In this document: positions 26,823-34,437 of the stretch, piece after piece
Layout: the number at the start of each line of letters is the position of its first letter
Numbering within the stretch: the first letter of the stretch is position 1
Assembly: GCA_945881915.1 (NCBI GenBank)
Contig: CAMCVW010000002.1
Coordinates: 84,676 to 148,675 of the forward strand
Source of the DNA: Thermoflexus hugenholtzii JAD2
GTDB taxonomy: Bacteria; Chloroflexota; Chloroflexia; Chloroflexales; Roseiflexaceae
Reading direction: 5' to 3'
DNA: 64,000 bases
Notes under the pieces: generated by a model
Databases searched by the model: none
What the model was told of the DNA's origin: nothing
The model's input: the letters and a program-made list of their open reading frames with translations, nothing else
Position numbers and translations under genes: made by a program

Positions 26823-27932
26823 TTACTTCCCGTGTGCACTGCCGAGATGGACGAACACGTACAATCCGTCTTTGCCCGGAGCGACAATATCAAGTCGACC
26901 GCTGTTGAAAACATCAGCAACCGCAAAATGAATCCCACAACCGCTAGCCTGACCGATGGGGCCGTACTCGATGACTTGTTTCACGAAGCTCTCGCCGCTC
27001 CACTTGAAATAATAAATACCCACATCATCCCATTCACCGACATCGTTCCCGTTGTGGGCCCGGTGGCGTTTGCCGGTGACCAGCTCACACACACCGTCGC
27101 CATCGATATCGACCCAGTGCAGGTCATGGTATTGCGCATTGCCCGGGTCGATGGGATGGTGCTCCCACGTGCCGTCCGCACGCCGTTTGCTCCACCAGAG
27201 ACCATACCCGTGTGCATTGCCAGTAATGAGCTCGTTGCGGCCATCGCCGTCCACATCGACAACCAGCATCGGGATACTCGCCATGGCACCCCAGGGGGCA
27301 TCGGCAAACTCACCGTGCCAGATCCAGGTGCCATGCGCCGGGTCTGCCGGTGCCTCGAGCCAGCCGTGACAGAGCACGATATCCATGCGCCCATTCCCAG
27401 CAATATCACCACAACCGAGACCATGGCCTTGGGTACCGTCAGCAAACGTATAGATCTCTACACGTTCAAATATACCCGTGCCACGACCTGACGCATCTGT
27501 ACGCAATTTGTAGTAACTCACCGTCGGATTTGGTGGGGTATTAGGGACGATTTCGATCACGCCGTCGCCGTCGATATCCCAGCCACGGGTTGTCTCGACA
27601 TTGCCGGTGTTTTGCCAGAGGATGTGTTCTGGCCAGGGCTGTGTCGGGTCAGCAGGGTGTTCGCGCCAGCGCAGGCTATTGCCCCACCACCCGCCGGTCA
27701 CGTAATCGAGGGTCCCATTGCCGGTGATATCGAGCAGCACGTTCGAAAAATCATCGTAATATTCGCCTTCTTGAACGATTGAACCGATGAAATGTTTGCG
27801 TCGAAAATCCGGCCCCTGATACCAAAATCCACCACTGATGATGTCCATGTGTCCGTCACCATCGACGTCACACACCGCCGCAGATTCGTAGCGCTCGTCC
27901 GAAATCCATACTTTTCGCCATTGTATCGCCAT
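26823..27932 (-). CDS. FG-GAP/VCBS repeat protein, no signal peptide seen
   Basis: Repeated Ca-binding-like loops: CDVDGDGHMDIISGG, WDIDGDGVIEIV, VDVDGDGRNELITG, VDIDGDGVCELVTG. Confidence 0.7.
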   Translation of the reverse strand: MAIQWRKVWISDERYESAAVCDVDGDGHMDIISGGFWYQGPDFRRKHFIGSIVQEGEYYDDFSNVLLDITGNGTLDYVTGGWWGNSLRWREHPADPTQPWPEHILWQNTGNVETTRGWDIDGDGVIEIVPNTPPNPTVSYYKLRTDASGRGTGIFERVEIYTFADGTQGHGLGCGDIAGNGRMDIVLCHGWLEAPADPAHGTWIWHGEFADAPWGAMASIPMLVVDVDGDGRNELITGNAHGYGLWWSKRRADGTWEHHPIDPGNAQYHDLHWVDIDGDGVCELVTGKRHRAHNGNDVGEWDDVGIYYFKWSGESFVKQVIEYGPIGQASGCGIHFAVADVFNSGRLDIVAPGKDGLYVFVHLGSAHGK

Positions 27933-27953
27933 CGTAATCTCCCTTTTGATAGG

Positions 27954-29015
27954 CTATTTGCCTAAGTAGAGACGAATGTATTCGCGTGCGAGGGTCAGGT
28001 CGGCAAGCGCCTCTGAGGCGGTACAAACTGGTGCTCGTGAGCCAGCAACTGCCGCCACAAAATGCTCCGCTTGATTCCAATGTGCATGTGTCCATGGAAG
28101 GTGTGGCGAGCGTGTCGTTGGCTCGATCCCGTTGCCCGGATCCCGCATCATCTCGACATGTCCCGGCCGATTAAATGCAAGTGGTGCAGGTAATTCGAGC
28201 TTGACCCACCCACGTTCGAAGCAGACGAGGGCGGATTCCTGCCAATCAATGGTCGTCTGATAGGGACTCATTTCGATGCTGCAGGTGATACCTGAGGTGC
28301 TTTCGCCCACAAGTAAATGACCGGACTTGGCAGCGTACGTGATGCGCCAATTTTCACCGAGCAAGTGACGCATCAAATTGACTTGATGGATGTAGTAGTT
28401 GACAAACTCGATGTAGGCTGCGTTGGTCGATGCATCCATATCGGTAGCAGGCGGATCTTCGGCGAGTGGTTGTTCTGGATCCGAACTCCAGATATTTTGA
28501 TTGAAGCCATTGGCGATCCAGTCCCCAGCAGGCATCAAAATCCGAATATACGTCAGCTTGCCCAGTTCACCGGTTTTTTTGAGCCGATCAATTTCCGCCT
28601 TGGCTGCGATTGTGGCAGGATCGGAACGTTTGTGATACCCAACCATCAGCCAGGTATTGTGGGCATGCATCGCAGCAATGATAGCTTCCGCTTGCGCAAT
28701 CGAGCCTGCAATGGGTTTTTCGGTGAGAATCGGTTTGCCATATGTCACGAGTTCTGTGATGAGTGTTCCGTGTCTGGTAAAAGGCTGGATGGCAACGAGG
28801 GCATCGATATTTGGGTGGGCAGCGAGCATGTCTTGGTGCGAAGTATAGACATGTGGGACACCCCATTTGTGAGCGACAGCGTTGGCGTGTGTGCTCCTGA
28901 TATCGGCTATCGCGACAACTTCGCAGTCTGGTACCATCTGAAAATTACGCAGATGGGCTGCTTGGCCCATGTTCCCCACACCGACAAACCCGATACGCAC
29001 GAGTGGTGAAGTCAT
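27954..29015 (-). CDS. Gfo/Idh/MocA family NAD(P)-dependent oxidoreductase
   Basis: Track ORF 27954..29114. ATG 29015 has AAGGAG 6 nt upstream. Rossmann motif RIGFVGVGNMGQAAHL and the EKP motif LTEKPIA. Confidence 0.85.
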   Translation of the reverse strand: MTSPLVRIGFVGVGNMGQAAHLRNFQMVPDCEVVAIADIRSTHANAVAHKWGVPHVYTSHQDMLAAHPNIDALVAIQPFTRHGTLITELVTYGKPILTEKPIAGSIAQAEAIIAAMHAHNTWLMVGYHKRSDPATIAAKAEIDRLKKTGELGKLTYIRILMPAGDWIANGFNQNIWSSDPEQPLAEDPPATDMDASTNAAYIEFVNYYIHQVNLMRHLLGENWRITYAAKSGHLLVGESTSGITCSIEMSPYQTTIDWQESALVCFERGWVKLELPAPLAFNRPGHVEMMRDPGNGIEPTTRSPHLPWTHAHWNQAEHFVAAVAGSRAPVCTASEALADLTLAREYIRLYLGK

Positions 29016-29164
29016 CGCATGCTCCTTTGATTGCAAATAGACGTACACGCAGAGTCGCATAGACAGTGAGGTGCCAAGATTTTTTCGAGCGGAGCATTTT
29101 GCAAAATGCCCCATTCGATGACTCCCTTCCTCAGCGCCTCTGCGTGATCGTACCCCCAGAGCCC

Positions 29165-29998
29165 CTAAATCCCCACCCCGACATCCCCTGCAATCCGGCG
29201 CACATAGGCTGCTGCGGCATCGTATTCTGCCGCGGTCTCGAGATGCTCAAGCATGATGGGGGTATCGGGCGCGAGGCGGTTGAGCGAACGCAGTATTGAA
29301 GCATAATCCAACATCCCCAAGCCCGGCGCGCACTCCTGTAAGGCCACTACAAACGGCCGGCCAATGGTCATATCTTTGATGTGGACGGATTTGATCCACG
29401 GACCGAGTTGCGTCACACACGCGTCGACGAATTGGCGATGGCGATAGAAGCGCTCGACGCTGTTCATCATGTTGATGGGGTCGAGGTGCACACCCATCTG
29501 CGGTCGATCGATTGCCTTGACCAAGGCGACGTATGATTCGATCGAGTCGGGAAGCATCCAGGGCATTGTCTCGAGCGTGTAGTATGTGCGTGTTGGTTTG
29601 ACCACGTCGATAATCGTGCGTACGCTGTCGACGATGAGGGCAAACGTGTCATCGGCATAGTTCAGTGCATCGGGACCATCCCATACCGCCCCTCGCGAGC
29701 CGGCAATATTGACGCAGCAGCGTGCACCGATGGCATCAGCCAGGGCTAGGCGTTCTTGACAAAAGGCGAGGGCGGTGCGGCGCGTCACGTCATCGCTGGC
29801 CATCGGGTTAGACCATGCGCCCACCTCGGCAATCACGATGTCGGACTGCGCAGCGGCTGCCGCAAATGCCGCGATCGTCACACTGCTGGCCGTCTGATCG
29901 ATCGGACAGTAGGCTGCCCGGTAGCCCTGCTGTTGGACAGCAGTCGTCCATGCCGTCGCATCGGTCCATGTGCCGTTTATCGGTCCTCCGAGTCGCAT
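29165..29998 (-). CDS. Sugar phosphate isomerase/epimerase (xylose isomerase-like TIM barrel)
   Basis: 277 aa. Pattern ..YYTLETMPW..VHLDPINM..HIKD..MLEHL.. is typical of the AP endonuclease 2 / TIM-barrel family. Confidence 0.7.
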   Translation of the reverse strand: MRLGGPINGTWTDATAWTTAVQQQGYRAAYCPIDQTASSVTIAAFAAAAAQSDIVIAEVGAWSNPMASDDVTRRTALAFCQERLALADAIGARCCVNIAGSRGAVWDGPDALNYADDTFALIVDSVRTIIDVVKPTRTYYTLETMPWMLPDSIESYVALVKAIDRPQMGVHLDPINMMNSVERFYRHRQFVDACVTQLGPWIKSVHIKDMTIGRPFVVALQECAPGLGMLDYASILRSLNRLAPDTPIMLEHLETAAEYDAAAAYVRRIAGDVGVGI

Positions 29999-30067
29999 CG
30001 TTGCCTCCCGTTTTTCGTATGTTGTATCCTCTGGCTATAATACAGCAGTACAACCAAAGGGCACGCT

Positions 30068-32002
30068 ATGCAACACTTCGCTTCATCCTTCCGACGCCAT
30101 GGCTGGCACATGCTTGGGCTGACGGTGGTCTGCGTCATTGGATTCATCATCCGTTGGCCGGCAGTCTACTTTGCATTGCCCTATACGCCGCACCCCGACG
30201 AGCCATATGTCATCAACATGGTCCTCAAAATGCTCGCGACGGGTTCGTTGTTCCCCGCGTCGTTCGACCGACCGCACCTGTCGGTTTACCCGGTTTGGTT
30301 GGCAGTATGGCTCGACACGCTGCGCAATCCGATTCCGCAAGAACTCTTGCTCCTCCCCACTGACCGCATCAGCAGCGTGATTGCACCGTTTGTGGTGGGG
30401 CGCATTACGAGCATTCTGATGGCGTTACTTGCGATTCCGTTGCTGGTAATCCATCTGGCCCAAAAAAACCTGCTCCGCTGGGGCTGGTTGGCAGCAGTGT
30501 GGCTCTGCTTTTTGCCGTTTCATGTAGCCCAAAGCGGCTACATTGCCCCTGATGGCTTGGTAGGAGTCCTCACCATAGCCACGCTGGTGGTCACCTGGCA
30601 ATACACGCAGACTCCTACTGCCCACTGGTGGTGGATCGTCGCACTGACGGTAGGCCTGGCTATCGGTACCAAATACAACCTCGCGGCGATTGCAATCGTC
30701 CCCGCTGCCACGCAATGGCATTTGGTGCAGGCTCGGCGTTGGCGACCATTGCTGGTGGCGCTGAGTGTTTTGGCGGCAGGGTGCATGGTGGGGTTATTCG
30801 TGACGACACCGGGGTTGTTGGTCAACGGCCAGCAATTCATTGCAGACATGAACGCACAAGTATCGCACTACAGTCGGCATGACGCCGGTAATGCCCCGTG
30901 GGCCTGGCAACTCTATGTGGCGTTTTTCTGGGGCGAGGGCTGGCCGTTCTTGGCGACGCCATTGGTCTTGCTGGGTATGTTTCTCATCACCAAAAAAGGC
31001 ACTCCGCTCGAAAGAGCAATCCTGCTCTTTTTGGCCATTGAACTGATTTTCTTTTTGTCACGTGAACGGCACTACATGCGCAATGTCATGCCATTGGTCA
31101 TCTACGCCCCGATTGCCATGGCAGTCGCCGCGGAGTGGCTTTGGGTACGCCTTCCGGCTAGACGCTTCCTGCCCGTTGTGCTCGGGCTGCTGTTGGTCAT
31201 TCCCATCCTGGTGCAGACCGTACAAGTGCATCGTATCCTCGAACAACCCTACAACCGTTTACAAGTCGATACTACTGTGACTGCGGTGGGACGTGGCGCA
31301 GTTCACGTCTGCACATTGGATGTGACGAACGTCGCTTTGACGCCGTCATGTGCTGCTGCCAGCAACAAAACCAGCGAACTCAGCCGCTGGCAGCAGGCTG
31401 GCATGCAAACCCTGGTCGTCAACCGCAGCCAATGGCCCGACTACGTGGTCCCTGACGGGATGTCGCTCCACACGCAGTACGCCAAAACAGCCCACGGCGG
31501 CAACGGCGAGGCGTTTGCTGTCTACACCCAAAACGCCGCAACATCCCTGCAGGTCATCGGCACTCCGGCACAGACCAGCGATGGGCTGCGCATCGCAGGC
31601 GTTCGCATCGGCCTCGGGCTGGAGCGCACCCGACCGACACCCTTGTACGCCGATGCAAGCCTCCAGTCGCGAGCTAATCCTGTCGCATTGCAGGTGAATG
31701 GGTACGTGACGGTCACCGCACCAGTTACCGAACCAGGCTGGTGGCTGTTTGTGCACGTACTCGACGCCAATGGCACCCAAATCGCCCAGCGCGTGACCCT
31801 CCCCCGTGCAGACTACCCGATTAGCGAGTGGAAAAAGGGCGAACTCGTTGTGCTTCCTGCCGACGTTCCTCTGACTACACCCCTTGCGCCTGGCAACTAT
31901 ACGCTCGAATGGGGATTCTATCGGCCCACAGACGGTGCACGCATGGTCATAGATGGTGGGGTAGACGGCGGATGGCGTACGAGTATAAAAATACGCCCAT
32001 AA
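30068..32002 (+). CDS. GT-C fold membrane glycosyltransferase (ArnT/PMT, family 39-like) with a C-terminal extracytoplasmic domain
   Basis: More than 10 predicted TM helices. The first loop carries YTPHPDEPYV (a DE motif). About 230 aa of soluble C-terminus. Confidence 0.6.
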   Translation: MQHFASSFRRHGWHMLGLTVVCVIGFIIRWPAVYFALPYTPHPDEPYVINMVLKMLATGSLFPASFDRPHLSVYPVWLAVWLDTLRNPIPQELLLLPTDRISSVIAPFVVGRITSILMALLAIPLLVIHLAQKNLLRWGWLAAVWLCFLPFHVAQSGYIAPDGLVGVLTIATLVVTWQYTQTPTAHWWWIVALTVGLAIGTKYNLAAIAIVPAATQWHLVQARRWRPLLVALSVLAAGCMVGLFVTTPGLLVNGQQFIADMNAQVSHYSRHDAGNAPWAWQLYVAFFWGEGWPFLATPLVLLGMFLITKKGTPLERAILLFLAIELIFFLSRERHYMRNVMPLVIYAPIAMAVAAEWLWVRLPARRFLPVVLGLLLVIPILVQTVQVHRILEQPYNRLQVDTTVTAVGRGAVHVCTLDVTNVALTPSCAAASNKTSELSRWQQAGMQTLVVNRSQWPDYVVPDGMSLHTQYAKTAHGGNGEAFAVYTQNAATSLQVIGTPAQTSDGLRIAGVRIGLGLERTRPTPLYADASLQSRANPVALQVNGYVTVTAPVTEPGWWLFVHVLDANGTQIAQRVTLPRADYPISEWKKGELVVLPADVPLTTPLAPGNYTLEWGFYRPTDGARMVIDGGVDGGWRTSIKIRP

Positions 32003-32467
32003 CCGAATCAGAAGCACTATCAGAGGGTGTTTGCGTGCGGTCTATTCTGTGTACCGAGGTACCATATTTCCTCTCTGCATCGATAACCTGTTTCGACAAC
32101 AGCGTCTCTTCAGGGCAAATAATCACACCGGGTGTGGGTATATGACATTGGTGCTTTGGTACTCATGGTACCGAATGGCTCTCTCCAGAAACGATGGTCT
32201 GGGTCAGATTCCCACCCCAGCTGTACAATCGCACCCTATGGCCCTGAGGCCAATATCACCAATACTGAGACACTGGTAATCTACAAACACACACTCTGAC
32301 GCGTGCGGCTGCTTAACAGAAGCAATACTGGCCTTATTGGGAGCACCGGTCAACCAAGCAGTTAGGTATAAAAAACTAATAGGCATTGGCAAGTATTGAA
32401 TCAGTAGGTACTCAATGTTTCATGAATATTCATCATATCGTGGCGAATTCCTCCATGAAAGCGCAAA

Positions 32468-32506
32468 AAAATCCGTTGGTGATTTTGAAAAATCACCAAC
32501 GGATTT
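32468..32506 (-). terminator. Strong intrinsic terminator of the small membrane-protein gene
   Basis: ~18-bp stem AAATCCGTTGGTGATTTT / AAAATCACCAACGGATTT. On the minus strand it is followed by TTTTTTTGCGC. Confidence 0.75.
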
Positions 32507-32531
32507 GCAACCAGATTGCAATTACCAAATA

Positions 32532-32729
32532 CTAATATCCAGTTGCCGATGCCGTCAATGTGCTCAAAATTCCGGCAATGGTAGGTCCTGCGAAAAGGAC
32601 AGTAACAATGATTTTCCACATCATCGAGCGACTGCTCTTCCACATGCCATATACACCAACGGGGAAGAAGACAAGCAACCATACACAAATCCACAACGTT
32701 TTTTCATACCACGGTGTGCCGTTAGTCAT
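32532..32729 (-). CDS. Small (65-aa) two-TM membrane protein, unknown function
   Basis: Track ORF 32532..32744. ATG 32729 has GAGGAG 7 nt upstream. Sequence MTNGTPWYEKTLWICVWLLVFFPVGVYGMWK..IIVTVLFAGPTIAGIL. It has its own terminator and sits in an AT-rich islet. Confidence 0.5.
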   Translation of the reverse strand: MTNGTPWYEKTLWICVWLLVFFPVGVYGMWKSSRSMMWKIIVTVLFAGPTIAGILSTLTASATGY

Positions 32730-33012
32730 CGTTGTTCTCCTCATAAATTAATCTAAACTCATTCCATATTCATTCAAACAGATTAAGTCATTCTTGTCAA
32801 GTAATTTACCTTCAATGAATCTTTCTGTGCAGATAAACCTGCTTCAAAGTACGAAAAAACCTAATAATTTATCTGTTCGCATGCCGCCATGACGCACATC
32901 CCGCAATCATCGTAAACACCCGGCAACGGACGAATGCCTGCGGTATACTTTGTGCACCGCGGGTACCGCATGGTGTTTGCATAGAGAACCCGCTTCGACA
33001 AAGGAGTCTCAC

Positions 33013-33915
33013 ATGAGTTCAATCCAGATTGGCTGTGGCCAGATTACTTGGGTACGCTTTGGTCCCAATGGCGCAGAATGGCTCGCACCTGAGGACGAGG
33101 TTTTGGGTCAAATCGCCAAAGCTGGCTACGCCGGTGCGCCCTGTGGCCCCGAAGATAATCGGAGCGACGCCGAGACACTCGCTATGTACAAAAAGCACGG
33201 TCTAACGCCCGCTCCCGCATATTATGGGACGGCATTTTGGGAACAAAGCCGACGCGCAGAGTTTGTCGAAAAAGCCAATCGCTTTGCCTCATTTGCTGCC
33301 GCAGCCGGCTGTGATACGCTCTATGTCGCCCCCGGTGGCTTTGATTACAAAACATCACGTGGCCTGACGCGCGCACAGACCGCCGGCCACGTCACCGCCG
33401 CGGATGCATTGACGGACAAACAGTATCACGCATTCGCCGAAAACCTCAACGCCGTCGGGGCTGCCACCTTGGCACACGGAGTCTCGATTGCATTCCATAA
33501 TCACGTGGGTACCGTCATCGAAACCCGCGCCGAAACAGATCGCCTCCTCGCGCTCACCGACCCAAAACTCGTCTTCCTCGGGCCAGATACCGGTCACATG
33601 CAATGGGCAGGCGACGACGCAGTGGCTTTCGTACGCGACTATGCCCCGCGTATCAAAACCATGCATCTCAAAGATATCAACGAATCGGTCCGCGCGCGTG
33701 GTGCCGCCGCCGAGTGGGACTACGGCACGTTCACCGCACACGGCATCTTTGCTGAACTCGGCGAAGGCTGCATCGACTTTGCGGCAATTATGGCAGCACT
33801 CAGGGCGGTCAACTTCTCGGGCTGGCTCATCACCGAGACCGACGTGACCCAAAAAGCAACCCCGCTCGAGAGCGTCACCATAAGCCGCAACTACCTCCGC
33901 CAGTTTGGGCTATAG
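33013..33915 (+). CDS. Sugar phosphate isomerase/epimerase, IolE-like TIM barrel
   Basis: Track ORF 32950..33915. ATG 33013 has AAGGAG 6 nt upstream. Motifs FHNHVGT.IE, GPDTGHMQWAG, HLKD and GEGCIDF..GWLITETD. Confidence 0.75.
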   Translation: MSSIQIGCGQITWVRFGPNGAEWLAPEDEVLGQIAKAGYAGAPCGPEDNRSDAETLAMYKKHGLTPAPAYYGTAFWEQSRRAEFVEKANRFASFAAAAGCDTLYVAPGGFDYKTSRGLTRAQTAGHVTAADALTDKQYHAFAENLNAVGAATLAHGVSIAFHNHVGTVIETRAETDRLLALTDPKLVFLGPDTGHMQWAGDDAVAFVRDYAPRIKTMHLKDINESVRARGAAAEWDYGTFTAHGIFAELGEGCIDFAAIMAALRAVNFSGWLITETDVTQKATPLESVTISRNYLRQFGL

Positions 33916-33921
33916 CAAAAC

Positions 33922-33953
33922 TGAGCGGGGCTTTTTGCAATAAGCCCCGCTCA
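33922..33953 (+). terminator. Intrinsic terminator hairpin
   Basis: TGAGCGGGGCT (33922-33932) pairs with AGCCCCGCTCA (33943-33953) across a 10-nt T-rich loop. There is no strong trailing T-run. Confidence 0.55.
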
Positions 33954-33960
33954 ATACATA

Positions 33961-34062
33961 CCTCACCCGCAGATTTTTTCAATATGCCTCGCCCGCAGAT
34001 TTTTCATCCAGGAGGCCTCGTCCGCATCCTCAAATCTCCCATACCTCGCCCGTGCGAAAGCC
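33961..34062. repeat. Four direct copies of a CCTC(R)(Y)CCG-initiated motif spaced 26-29 bp apart
   Basis: Copies start at 33961 (CCTCACCCGCAGATTTTTT), 33987 (CCTCGCCCGCAGATTTTT), 34016 (CCTCGTCCGCATCCTCAAATCT) and 34044 (CCTCGCCCGTGCGAAAGCC). The first two match at 17 of 18 positions. Confidence 0.6.
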
Positions 34063-34330
34063 GAACGGGCTGAAGCTCCGCGCACTCCGTACCCTTGCGG
34101 TCATGCCCGCATCCGCAGGAGCGAGTACTCTGCATGCTCGTACCGCTTGTATATGTGCTGCTCGTGGCCGTTTTCCAAAAATCAATCCGTACATTACCGT
34201 AAGCGATATCGATAAATTGCACTGATTGAAACATCACCACGGTTGCATGAATGAAAAAGAACTGCATTTCAACAATTCCTAAAGCGACGCTCTCCTATCT
34301 CCGCCTTCTTCCGTTAGCAGAGTGTTAGAG

Positions 34331-34357
34331 TTATCACTCTCGCATTGACAGTGCTAA
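34331..34357. promoter_or_regulatory. CIRCE-like inverted repeat (candidate HrcA operator) overlapping the lon -35 box
   Basis: TTATCACTC-N9-CAGTGCTAA compared with the CIRCE consensus TTAGCACTC-N9-GAGTGCTAA. Each half-site matches 8/9, and the N9 spacing is exact. Confidence 0.5.
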
Positions 34358-34373
34358 TCCAGGTCGTGATAAT
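34345..34373 (+). promoter_or_regulatory. Sigma-70-type promoter of lon
   Basis: TTGACA (34345-34350), 17 nt, GATAAT (34368-34373), with a TG immediately upstream of the -10. It lies 65 nt before ATG 34438. Confidence 0.6.
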
Positions 34374-34437
34374 ACCATTTGTAGTGACATCGAGATATGA
34401 GACGCCGTGCTCGCGCGCTACAGAAAGTGAACTGAGT

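Noticed and set aside
33961-34062. Possible degenerate CRISPR array (repeated CCTCRYCCG units)
   Set aside because: The period is only 26-29 bp and the repeat cores are at most 19 bp. The copies decay rapidly and there are no cas genes in the window. Reported as short direct repeats instead.
34303-34329. Second CIRCE-like half-site (GAGTGTTAG at 34321-34329) upstream of the main element
   Set aside because: It matches the consensus only 7/9, and the position 9 nt upstream has no partner half-site (CCTTCTTCC). It probably only contributes to a local GAGTG..CACTC inverted repeat.
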